DNA from: Octopus vulgaris
Taxonomy: Eukaryota
Direction of reading: 5' to 3'
Length of the DNA: 64,000 bases
NCBI GenBank assembly: GCA_951406725.2
Contig: OX597815.1
Span: 23,436,001 to 23,500,000 of the forward strand
Below are positions 38,296 through 51,326 of the stretch, piece by piece. The position numbers and the translations under genes are program-made. Numbering within the stretch: position 1 is the stretch's first letter; the number at the start of each line of letters is the position of its first letter. The notes under the pieces were generated by a model, which saw only the letters and a list, made by a program, of their open reading frames with translations, was not told the DNA's origin and searched no databases.

Positions 38296-39469
38296 TAAGA
38301 TAGATACTTAAATAGCTCTTCATTAAGACTCAGCTTCTCATAAAATTTAAAATATATGACTTTACTTTCAATTCTGAGTAGTCTGTTTTCTCCTTGTTCA
38401 TATTTAAATGATATATTCTTTTATTTGTTTCAGTCATTTGATTGTGACCATGCTGAGCACCGACTGTAGTCGAACAAATTGACCACAGGACATTCTTTTT
38501 AAGCCTAGTATTTATTTTATCGGCCTCTTTTGCCGAACCACTAAATTACGGGGATGTAAATACACCAACAACGGTTGTCAAGTGATGGTGGGAGGACAAA
38601 CAGAGACACAAACATATACACACACACATACATACACATATATATACGATGGGCTTCTTTCAGTTTCCATCTACCAAATCCACTCACAAGGATTTGGTCA
38701 GCCCAAGGGTATAGTCTCTATTGAAGACACTTGCCCAAGGTGCCACACAGTGGGACTGAACCTGAAACCATGTGGTTGGTAAGCAAGGTACTTACCATAC
38801 AGCCACTCTACATATACCGTCATCATCATAATTATATGCCTGCTTTTCCATGGCAGCATGGGTTGGATGAGTCATACACATTCCAAGTCAGTTCTTGTCC
38901 AGAGTTATGGCCATCCTGCATGAGTGGTGGGTGGAAGCACACATTGATCAACCATTCCATTTCTAGCATGCTTTCTCCAGCTAGATGCTCCTCTTTTTAC
39001 CTACCACTTTACAGAGTAGAGTAGGTGCATTTTATCATTTTATCCTTATAAATTTTGTCTTTCTTGTCCTTGACAACATTTAAGAACTCTCCCTACTTTA
39101 TACCTATTTCTTTACTACCCGCAAGGGGCTAAACACAGAGAAGACAAACAAGGACAGACAAACGGATTAAGTCAATTATATTGACCCCAGTGCATAACAG
39201 GTACTTAATTTATTGACCCCGAAAGGATGAAAGGCAAAGTCGACCTCAGTGGAATTTGAACTCAGGACGTAACGGCAAACGAAATACGGTTACGCATTTC
39301 ACCCGGCGTGCTAACGTTTCTGCCAGCTCGCCACCTATTTTATACCATCTCCATTCATCATGCACTTTTTGAAGCCTTTGTGTAGTTCCCTGAACAGAGC
39401 AACAAAAACTTTAAAATAGTTACTAAGTGTAGCGTTTAAAGACAAACTTCATGTGCTTAACAGACTTAC

Positions 39470-39562
39470 TTCATAATCTGGTCCACCAAATACTATTGGC
39501 TTTTGTCGATCCAGTAAAACAGATTTGTAGGATTCTTCAACTTTCTTTCGTTTCTCCACTTC
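39470..39562 (-). CDS. CERT1: CERT1 coding exon
   Basis: AG/GTAAGT borders, 93 nt, phase 0/0. Reads EVEKRKKVEESYKSVLLDRQKPIVFGGPDYE, containing the CERT FGGPDYE motif. Confidence 0.95.
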
Positions 39563-41092
39563 CTAAATAAAAGTTACAAAAAAACACAATTCAGTTTGTT
39601 TGGATGCAACACATTGAGGACAATATTATTCATTAACAGAAATAAATCTAATATAACATTTCCCATACACACACACAAAATAGTAATTTATATATATTTC
39701 CAGTTAATCTGAGCAAGATAGTCTTGGCTATTAGTTGTCAAAGCTGAAAATTCAGCAATCATTGGCCTTGTGCAAGTAGGATATTTCATCATCAGAATTT
39801 AACATTGGACCTCTTTTTTTTAACCATGTTAGCATCTGTTGAAAGTGTATGCAGTTCATGTCATTTTGTGCCATGAGATTTAGCCTTGTTAATTTATAGA
39901 TTTCTACTTTTCCTTGGACTCCTACTTTAGTATGTTCAACTGTCAATACATGGCACTTTTTAATCCAGCTCTTATCCATTTACATCATATACCTACACTA
40001 GAGCAGCTTTTCCTTGCGTGCATTAAGCTCTTCAAGTCTCATCACTCTCTGAGACTTCAGAGTTCGCCTTTGTGCAAGTTACGCAATACATCCAATAATT
40101 ATGCTTAACAAATTTTTCTCCAGTCTTCACAAATCATCAACATTTAATTCCCATATATAATACAGCATTATACTTCTTTACACTAGTTCCATGCAATGCA
40201 ACTTTTACAGAGAAAAATAAAACGACACTTTGTTGCCAACAGAGATAACACCTTCCTCTTCTAGCATACTTCTTTCCGTAACTATTAAGTAATCACTACA
40301 TCATCATCATCACCGTTTAACGTCCGCTTTCCATGCTAGCATGGGTTGGATGTATGACTGAGGGCTAGCGAACCAGATGGCTGCACCAGGATTCAATCTT
40401 AATCTCGCAGTTTCTACAGCTGGATGCCCTTCCTAACGCCAACCACTCCGAGAGTGTAGTGGGTGCTTTTATGTGCCACCAGCACGGGGCCAGTCAGGCG
40501 GCACTGGCAACGACCTCGCTCGAATCTTTTACACATGCCACCAGCGCGGGTGCCAGTAAGGCGATCTTAAATATGTCACTTAGATAGCAAAAAAAAAGAC
40601 TACTACTTCAAGTGAGCTATCAGAGTAGTTAACCAATTCATAGATGGTTCTACTACTAACAACATTTGGGACATTTGAGGTCCTGGTTCTTTGCTGATTT
40701 AAGAGATGTCATTGTATTTCTTCTATATCTAAATCTTGCACTAAAAACATAACTTTGTGCTTCTATTAAATCCTTTTCTACACATCAAAACTAATTCTGT
40801 GATGATGATGGAATTTGTGCTTTTTGTTGCAAATGAGTACTTTGGCTTTTGTTATATAGGTCTTTTTGTCTCAAAAGCCATTTTCCTGATTCATGACATT
40901 TTTCTGGAGTTGTTGCAAAATAATTGCTAAAATTATTACTTTTCAAATAATCACTCAAGAGTAAACTATTGAATAAGCTTTCTGATAAACTGGATAAAAT
41001 CTTGAGAGTGAGCAGAGCAAGCCATACATAAAATATTGTTGATGAAATTACTTCTTTATGCAAATCACAGTGGAGATAAACAACTGACATAC

Positions 41093-41247
41093 CCTTTCCA
41101 TGCGTTTACGCCAAGCATCTTCCCTCTGGGACATTATTTCTATACAATGAGAAAGAGTTGCAATAATTCCGGCTGTAGTTGCCTTAAATGTGTAGGCTTC
41201 ACCTTTGAAATCAGGAGCATGGCCACCATGTTGCTGCAGAATGGAAG
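41093..41247 (-). CDS. CERT1: CERT1 coding exon (middle region/coiled coil)
   Basis: Acceptor ccttttgcag and donor gtatgt. Reads [51 protein letters not shown], matching [31 protein letters not shown]. Confidence 0.95.
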
Positions 41248-42089
41248 CTGCAAAAGGACAAAGAAATATAAGGATAAATAGGTTATCGACATTTTATAAC
41301 TGGGTTGTATGTTTGAAGGATTAGCCTTTGTTGGCCAGAGAGCAAAACATCAGCAAGTTAAGCATTAAAGACTGTAAAGAAGCTGAGCACCATTAGCATG
41401 TATAATTCTTAAGAATAAGGAAGTTTGGCATTAACAATCAAGCAGTTTAGGTTAATAAGATGCACCATTACAATGAAATATACCAACCAAGCTAGACAAA
41501 TATGGATTAGAATCAATAAAGCTTAGTAAAAAGAAAATGACACATTAAGGACTTATTACACCATTCCTAAGCAGGAGTGATTCTTCTCCTTGAAAACAAC
41601 AAAAGGTAATGATAATGAACCCTACATTTTCAGAAATATCTACTACAAAAAAAAAATTAAATTTTTTAAATTAGAAATTTACAGGAAGTAATTACAGTAA
41701 AATTGATTAAATTAATAAATTAAAATTTTTGCCATACAGCCACTAAATATTCAACAAATATTTTTTATATAGGCCCCAGTAAATCAAGTAAACGTGAATG
41801 AACAATTTTTGAGAGATATTTACAAGTATTTGAACTTACAATCACTATTTTTGAGGCACTTTACATTTGTAAACTAAAGACTTCCTTTATTTAGTTCAAC
41901 AAACACTTGTTGATGAATATGCTAAGTTTTGTAGTCATAGCTGCCATGAAAGGCAAAATATTAAATCATGTTAACAGACAGAATGTTATTGTTTCATATT
42001 AATAGGTTTAGAAGCATCTGAGCATCACAATGAACTGTAAGGTAGATTTTAGTTAACCAAACTATAATGTGATAGTAATGCTTTTACCA

Positions 42090-42120
<31 letters not shown>

Positions 42121-42199
42121 TATTAGTTGAAAATATGTGGAAAAAAATATAAAAAGTGGAAGAGAAATGCCTTCATTTCATATAGTTTAATATCTTTTT

Positions 42200-43521
42200 A
42201 TAAATATATATTATATGGATGTTGTGAAATCCAACCGGTTTTCGCTATCTAAATTAGTTTTTCAAGGGACATTGTACAATAATCAGTTCCCATGACAGAG
42301 GGGTCTTGTCATTTTGGATGTTTGAAGAATAAGAAGAATGAGTCTAGAGAGTGAACCAAGGGAAGCAACAGGTGGCAAGGGGGACAACTGGCTCCTAAGT
42401 ATAATTTTTTAAATGGTCAAATTTGTATATTGAGGTGTGGTCTGTACTTTTGTATGAACAGGTTTTCCTTGTTTAGGCGATCTTGTACTGAGATTGAATC
42501 TTTGCATTGGTATAATGGGAAGATATGAAAATTCGGCGTTTTATCACTTGTGCATCTGTCGATATGTCCAATCAGTGCTATCTTGCCTGTATTGAGGGAA
42601 ACAAATCTGTTCTTTATGCAGCATGACTCTGCATCTCAAAGTAAGGCTTGTTTGGCCCACGTAATTGTGAGCACAACCTGAGCAGGTTAGGACATAGATA
42701 AGGTTCTGGGAAGTACATGTAAAGTTGGTCTTAATTGAGAATTTTTGTCCTAGCTGGAATGTGAATTTCAAGCCTTCAGTTAGGTATGAGCATGAAGCAT
42801 ACAACACAATTATACAAAATCTCCCTCTGCTCACTCAAGGCCCAAAAATGAACAGCATCCTAAATACACACAAACTTCTGAAAAAAGACAAGACAAATCA
42901 CTCAAGAGACTCCTAACAAATGCAAAACTATACTCAATACAAATGATACCAACAGTTAAAAAATGCAGACGACCTAATTGTGGTACATGCTCATACGTAA
43001 CTGAAGGCTCGGAATTCACATTCCAGCAAGGACAAAAATTCTCAATTAAGACCAACTTCACATGTGCTTCCCAGAACCTTATCTATGTCCTAACCTGCTC
43101 AGGTTGTGGTCACAATTACGTGGGCCAAACAAGCCTTACTTTGAGATGCAGAATCACGCTGCATAAAGAACAGATTTGTTTCCCTTAATACAGGCAGATA
43201 GCACTGAGTGGACATATCGACAGATGCGCAAGTGATAAAACGCCAAATTTTCTTATCTTCTCATTATACCAATGCAAAGATTCAATATAAGTACAAGAAC
43301 GCCTAAACAAGGAAAACCTGTTCATACAAAAGTACAGACTACACCTCAATATACAAATTTGACCATTTTAGAAATTATACTTAGGAGCCAGTTATCCTCC
43401 TTGCCACCTGTTGCTTCCCTTGGTTCACTCTCTAGACTCATTCTTCTTATTCTTCAAGCATCCAAAGTGACAAGATCCCTCTGTCATGAGAACTGATTAC
43501 TGTACAATGTCTCTTGAAGAG

Positions 43522-43525
<4 letters not shown>
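42200..43525 (+). mobile_element. Penelope-like retroelement 3' fragment (GIY-YIG endonuclease) with inverted terminal repeat
   Basis: Reads VKKCRRPNCGTCSYV...NFTCASQNLIYVLTCSGCGHNYVGQTSLTLRCRITLHK...ALSGHIDRC, i.e. a Cys-rich linker plus GIY-YIG with CCHH. Inverted copy at 42261-42794. Flanked by (TA)n on both sides. Confidence 0.88.
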
Positions 43526-43553
<28 letters not shown>

Positions 43554-45842
43554 CTCTTTTACTTGTTTCAGTCATTTGACTGTGGCCATGCTGGAGCACC
43601 GCCTTTAGTCGAGCAAATCAACCCCAGGACTTATTCTTTGTAAGCCTAGTATATATTCTATCGGTCTCTTTTGCCGAACCACTAAGTTACGGGGACGTAA
43701 ACACTCCAACATCGGTTGTCAAGCTATGTTGGGGGGACAAACACAGACACACAAATGCACACATATATACATTTACACATGACGGGCTTCTTTCAGTTTC
43801 CGTCTACCAAATCCACTCACAAGGCTTTGGTCGGCCCGAGGCTACAGTAGAAGACACTTGCCCAAGGTGCCACGCAGTGGGACTGAACCTGGAACCATGT
43901 GGTTGGTAAGCAAGCTACTTACCACACAGCCACTCCTGCACCAGTATATATATAACTGATTTCATTAACAGCAAACATTGATCCTGAGATATGTTTATTG
44001 ATTCTGTAAAATTTTCCTACAAAATCAGTTCATTGATACACAAAGATCTTAACATATAACACATTAGCCATGCACACAATTTTTTAAAATTTGCTTTAAC
44101 TGCAGAACTAGATCAAGCTAGCAGCTGTGACTACTGTAACAAAAGAGTGTGTGTTATACGCATACACAAAACTTAACATTTGAATAAAGTATTCAAAGTT
44201 GCTAAAGTGTGGTAATGTACAGAAGAAAAAGTTCTATGACTTGTTTAATTAAGAAATTTCTTGCAAAAATAGTTTCGGATACAAAACCATATGACAATAT
44301 ATTTAAATCCCTAGTTTCACAAAAAGAAAAGACCCTCCCTCCAAAAAAAAAAAACCCTTTTCTTGGAAGATTCTTCACATTATTAACTTTATCAAATCAA
44401 TGCAAAGTTTTGTTTCTCTTAGACAAAAGAAATATTTCAGTTCTGAGCAAACAAAACAAACAACTTGTAGAATTCTCCATATTAATTGTATTAACTTCAT
44501 TCAACTCATTTAGGAGATAGTGGTATCATTCCTTCTTTGAAAATACATAAGATTATTCCCATTCTTCCAGCTATATTTTGTCTAACCCTTCCACATTATT
44601 TATACTTGTTAATTGAAGCTAGGCAATTATTTACGCTTATGCCTTCTTACTTTTAACACTATGATGAGAGAGACTTTTTGTCTTTATGAACTCAAAACAT
44701 TTGATAAAAAGAGCAAATGTGAAGGCTACAGAACAAATCTTAAGTTCTGAACAAAGATATTGCTCATTTTCTTTATTTTCATATCATACTTAAGTAGACT
44801 AATACTGGTTTCAGACTAATTTAATACTGGTTTACAAGGTAGATGGGAGATCATATTTTTCTCTTCTAGATGGTATGAGTTGGTATGAATTGGCTATAAG
44901 TGGGAATCAAAATTGGGTTGTAGTCACAGTTTGCTAAACATTCTACTGTACTCAGTAGAACAGAGAAGTTAAACACTCTGTAATTGATATTAAGTTGCTT
45001 GCAAGCATTAATCCATTTTTGTTGTTTATAAATAAGCACAAATGGGAACAGTATAATCAAAACTGAAGAGTTCGTTACTGCATAAGCCAATGACAGGACC
45101 TCCTAACAACCACTCAGCCAGCTACAAAAGCAGCTGGATTTCCTCACATCAAATTCTACATCTTTAAAATGGTATACAGACAATATCATCCCAAATACAC
45201 AGAAAAGCTGGAATGTCATGGCTGGAATACTTTTCATCATAAATCTACCCTGAGTTCCCATAGGATTGAATAGCAACAACAAATTAAATGTAGTGGTTTC
45301 TAATAAAGTGATCTTTGAACGAAAGAGGTGATAAATAAGAATTTGTTCTTAAAAATACATCTGTTTTCCTTGAACAAGTATGTATGCAAAGGAACTAAAA
45401 TTGTAAACAATGCTAATGGTAACTTATCTCTGAAGATAAACTGAAATATTAAACCAAAATGTAAGGTCAATTACCAGCATAACATTAACTCTAGTGCATA
45501 AAGTATTGTTCTCAACTATCAATGGATGGAAAATCATATACGGATTACATGACACAAGCCAAACAAACATATCTTTTCTTTTTTTATCAGGCTTCAAGAT
45601 TGTTATTGTTATGAAATGATTATATTTACTTAGAGTAATTAGATAAACACTGTACATAAAAAAAGTGTGACTCATGTTTATCAATAACAAAAATATTTCT
45701 CAATCTTTCTCTCCTCCCTTTTCTCCTCTCATGCTTTCTGTCAATAAAAGGAAGCCAGAAGGACCTGCCATAATAGCACCCAAATCATTCCCAAACAACA
45801 CACCACAGCCTAATAATGATAATTCTAATTTTGGCACAAGGC

Positions 45843-45889
<47 letters not shown>

Positions 45890-45893
<4 letters not shown>

Positions 45894-46412
45894 GCCCTGA
45901 TGCAGTACCAGGCAGTGGCTCTCATGGCTTCTGATCTTAACTGATTAGAAGTGTTATCATGTACATTGTTTTGTCTTGGTATAAAAGATGGGCTACAGCA
46001 AATATTATGCTCAATACCACAGATTTGCTTGTCAGTTGTTTGACCTTAACCAGTTGAGCATGTCCCTTGGTGGCTGACGATATGTGCATCTCTGATCACG
46101 AGCAGAAGTAGTGGGGGAGCATCATAGCCATGTGTTGAGAGGGATTCTTTGGGGTTTGAATAATTCACCTCTGGAAACATGGGTGGTTCTTTCAACATCC
46201 TTAAACAACCCTTATTCAGGGACCTTTTGAGCGGGATGGGCTACTCAACCTGAAGAAATTTCTAACTGGGCCCCACCTGCAAGGTCATGTGCTGTTTATC
46301 TTGATATGAGATCACCATGTCGCGCACATATGGTTGTGATGCATGTGCCTGGTGTACCCTTATCAGACGGGTAGTCATGATGGGTATATTGGGCTTCGTA
46401 TATTTTACCCAA
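45890..46412. repeat. Unclassified interspersed element inserted in an (AAT)n tract
   Basis: GC-richer 520-bp block bounded by (AAT)n arrays at 45843-45890 and 46434-46456. Confidence 0.45.
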
Positions 46413-46834
46413 TAGTGATTTAAAAAAACGTTTTAATAATAATAATAATAATAATACAAATCTAGCAGAAGCTTAGTTCTCAGATTCTGGCCTCCTTCAC
46501 ATACACTATATCATTGCTAACCATAAATAACACCCACAGTAAAACATCCAACTTGGTGTCACTTGAGGTCTCTGGGTGAGACTTGGAACAGCAATAATAA
46601 CATAATATTAATAACCTCTTTCAACTATAGGCACAAGGCCTGAAATTTTGGGGGAAGGGACTAGTCAATTACATTGACCCCAGTGTGTGACTGGTACTTA
46701 TTTCATCAACCCCAAAAAGATGAAAGGTGAAGTTGACCTCAGTGAAATTTGAACTCAGAATGTAAGGATGGGTAAAATGTTGCAAAGTATTTTGCCAGGC
46801 AGGCTTGGGATTCTGCCAGCTTGCTGCCTTAATG

Positions 46835-46869
<35 letters not shown>

Positions 46870-47244
46870 CCTTTCTATTAGAGGAACAAGGTCTGAAATT
46901 TGGGTGAGGGGGACAGCCGATTACATTAACCCCAGTATTTCACTGGTACTTAATTTATCGACCCCAAAAGGATGAAAGTTGACCTCGGTGGAGTTTAAAC
47001 TCAGAACTTGAAGACAGATAATATACTGCTAAGCATTTCACCCGACGTGCTAACGATTCTGCCAGCCTTATTAATAATATGCATTACAGCATCAACCAAT
47101 CACCATATTTTTGAAACAGCTGTAAAGAAATATCTTCATCTTGTAACTTAAATATATGTAACATCTCAATAAATGAATCATTGCCACCCATAATTGTTTA
47201 TCCAGTTTTTGTGTAGGTGCGTACATGTACACACATTTTTATTA

Positions 47245-47372
47245 ATATTTAGTAGAAACAACAGAGTGACTCAAGGTCTGAGAGTTTTAGGGATTGGCAG
47301 TCACCAAACTTGATAAGTGCCAATGTACAGAACTCTCAGATCTTGAGTCACTCTGCTGCTTCTGCTAGATAT
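47245..47372. repeat. ~128-nt imperfect palindrome / hairpin
   Basis: tagtagaaacaacagagtgactcaaggtctgagagtt...attggca pairs with tgccaat...aactctcagatcttgagtcactctgctgcttctgcta. Confidence 0.9.
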
Positions 47373-47428
47373 GAATAAAAGATATACATATACTCATATT
47401 TTGAGATCAATTTTCCATGCCTGCATCA

Positions 47429-47459
<31 letters not shown>

Positions 47460-50400
47460 AGAGAGAGGAGGGAGGGAGATTTATACTTACACAAAAGATG
47501 CACCCATAATTTACATGGAAACATTGGTTCAAAAGTTTTGTAATCCATATTTTTATCCTCATGTACAAGCCACACCCCTTGACATTTGTTATTGAAGTTG
47601 TTTGCAAAAATGGTTATTTATACACAAATATGGCATACAAACACATATACAAAACACACTGCTAACATCGCTTGAGCCTAGTATTAATGCTACTGCAAAA
47701 TTATTATGTTACTTAAGTAATAGAACATTATACAGTTCCAAGTAAAAAAAATCATCTACTTGTTGTCTTAGGACTTCTAGTACATCTACCAATTTGATCC
47801 ACTATAAATCAATATCTCACTATATTTATGAGTTAATTGTTTGTTTGAAATGAGTACACCATATTAGATTCTTGCTAATTTGCTTCTTTCATATTGAGAA
47901 ATGCAGTTTATTTGATGTGGCAAAACTTTTTGAATCCTTTCCTACTAACACCTTACTTTCAGATAGACTAATCATTAGCTATATTAACTCAATCCACTTT
48001 TCCAAGCTTCACACATTATTAAAAGTCTTAAACTTTTGTGAATGCTTCAAAACCTCAGAAAACCCTCCCGCATGCATAGTTTCTTACACAGACCAATGTA
48101 AGTCTAGAGGGACTACTTTTAGCATTCTCATACATAGTTTTGAAGTATTCTAATTGATCTGACCCCCCCCCCCCAATTAGTTTTCTCATTACCCATGAGG
48201 TAGTTGGAGAGAAAGAGAGTGTAAGATACAGGAACTTCAAAGAATATACCCAATTCAGTTTGCAGAATAGTTCAGTTCACTATTATTATTACACTCACAC
48301 ATGCTGTTGTGACAATAATAGCAGATTTTAAGTTTTAAAGGCTGCAGTCAAAATAGTTCACAATATATACTGCTTGTCCCATATCAACCTTTAATAAATC
48401 TTTACTTCATATTTTGCTTTTTCTGTGTTTTTTTTTTTTTTTTTTTTTTCTTTTATGAAAAGCATGAAACTGAAGAAGTTTCCCAATAAATTTGTCAAAT
48501 ATAGATTTTTTTTTTGCTCTCCGCCCCCCCCTCTTTTCGCTAAACATTTGAAAAGGAGCATAATCCAATTCTATTCTGAATTGTAGCCATTATATAATGC
48601 AAAGCTAACCATGAACAGTTATGAAAACAATGAGGATTAACTGAGGCCAAAAGATCACATGATTTTTGGGATACTACCAAAAGATCAAAAGAAAACATTT
48701 TTTTATTGATAAGAAAAATCTTCACAAAGAATCAATAGAATGGTCAGATAATTAAGAGAAGAATGGAAATATTTCGTTTATGATTGAAACTAATGAAGGG
48801 GTGATAGAATAATGATTCAACAAGTAAAACAATATATTGGTCTCTTCACTGAAGTATAAAGTGGAGAAGAAAAGCTATATATTGCTCAATAGCAGTAAAT
48901 CTAGAATTGGACGGAGAAGTTGCTATGCTCCATCACTAAGATACACTGATTTATTTGACAGTCATTTTACTCAACCATTACATGCAACCAAGAGGCATTG
49001 AAAGTCAGCTAATCTCATTATGGTTGAAATGTAGATATGTCCACTGTTAAACGACTCAATTGAGAGTCCTAAAGTTATTTTATAAATCTTTTTGAATAAA
49101 TTAGAACATAATCAACCAAATAATTAGGATTAAAATGTGAACTGATGAAAGGAGAGAAGGAAAATGTCGCTATGTATTGAAGATATCTCTGAGATATTTG
49201 AATAAAAATAAAAGCTTCAACAGCAGTTGAAAGCATCGCAATATAGTGCTGATTTCTTATGTAAACATATTTATAAAACTCAATCCAGCATGAAATATGT
49301 TTAAATATTTTGTCATGAGAATACAAACACAAACTTACAAAACAAACTCTGTGAAAATGGGTGATCCTTATAGGCAAAGAGTCACCATGTAAAGGGGATG
49401 AATTGATTGATCATAATATAGTTAGCATTTTGGGTATTTAGCACATAAGGAAGCCTAAAATTTTCAGAGAAAACAGTTAAATAATAATAAAAAATTAACA
49501 GTGATTGATACTGAGAATGAGTTGGATCATAAGCAAGCAACAGCTTTGGATTATACACAGGAATCAAAATTAGCTCACCAAATGCTAATTTATTATGCAC
49601 ACCACTTAAGCAATACAAACATACAGTTGCCTCTTATTTAATAAATATATATATATATATGAAAATATTCTTCAATTTTAACTTCTATATAGAAATCTGA
49701 CAAGCTTTACTCAGCTCCTAAATCATATTATTGCCAATATTCTCAATGTTCTTTGGTCATAATCTAGGAGATAGGTACAGAATATATTTTTAAACCATGG
49801 TGCTGGGGTTACACTACATGCATATGTATGCATGCATGCTCACATGCATTCATATATAGATGCACACACAATCACATAGTGAATGCACATGTATACGTGT
49901 AATGGATAGATTGAGATCAGAACAACTGAACAAGTATTTTGTATGATTGAATAACTTAGTGAATAAAGCCCTTCCTGCTATGGTGTAGGAGTAGCGTCTG
50001 CTTTCTAAATATGACAAAAAGATAAGGTAACCTCTACAGTATAGTTTGGACAATCACCCAACAACCTCTAGCACCTTTGTCACTGTTTCTATGGGTTGTA
50101 GCAGAATACTGGAAACAGTTTAGGCATGCTTTAGATATATAGGAAGTAGAAAATGAGATTGCACAAAGGTCATGCTTTTCTCCAGAGCATTAGCAACATA
50201 AAATAAGTAAAATAAAATACAAACAAGAATTGAAACTGTCCCGCATGTAGTTCACCAGAATCTTACCTTTACATATTTAGATTTCAGAAAAGAAAATGTA
50301 AATTCTATTCCTATTCCTTCAGGAAGTTGTAGTGGAATAAATTATGTGCATCAACCAGGAATCAAAGACAAATAAGAATCATCCTGCTGTCCCATACTCT

Positions 50401-51295
50401 ACAGCAGTTACTATCAATAGGAAATTTTCTTTTTTTTTTTTTTTGATATTCTTTCTTTTTTTTAAATCTCGTGTCACATCCCATTCCTGAACTCCAAGTC
50501 TGTTTACATTCAACATTACAAACACTCTCTCTTCTTTATTCTATCTAATTATTATAATGTCTTTACTATCTTATTCAAAATGTCTTCTTATATTTATTGA
50601 CTATCTTTTCATCTGATAGTGAGGATATGTACAGGATACAATTTATAACCTACCAAACAGAAACTCATCAATAATTAAATGTTTTTAGACCAGGGTTAGG
50701 TATTAACTAATAGAAGGAAGACAGAAGCAGGTGCTGTCAAACACTTCAAGAAGACACAGGTTTTAAAATCAGAGATAGAGAGAAAGAAGGAAGGAAAGAA
50801 AGAAATGGGTGGCCAAAGATATAGAAAGAGTATTAGCTAAAGCATTATGTAAGAAGAGTATGGAAACAAGTACAGCATAATGTGTGAAGTTCATATAAAA
50901 CAAAGCTCTAAGATAATTTTGAAATAGTTTACGGAATGAGCTATTTAGTTGAAGGGAAGATACAAATTGTTTTAAAGAAAGCTTCATATTTACACATTAT
51001 CAGCGTGGAAGCAAACAGTCGCTGTTGGTTGAGGGCTACAATGTAACAGAGGAAACAGTTGTGACAATTATATATAAATCTACAGTTTTAGTGAGCGCTT
51101 TTAATGATGCTTATTGGTTTAAGTCTAAATGGTGAAAAATAGAGAATATATTAAAGCCCAAACAAAGTACATGCATTTTTGTCTGTGTTTCAGAGAGAGG
51201 GAGAGAGAAAGAAAGTGAACCTTGGAGTATGTGTATGTTTGAGGTACTTATGAATGAATTACAGCAAATCAAATGAAAGTAGCAGTTTTAAGGTT

Positions 51296-51326
<31 letters not shown>

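Noticed and set aside
47110-47126. GAAACAGCTGTAA resembling a hammerhead stem III
   Set aside because: There is no upstream CUGANGA box or stem II.
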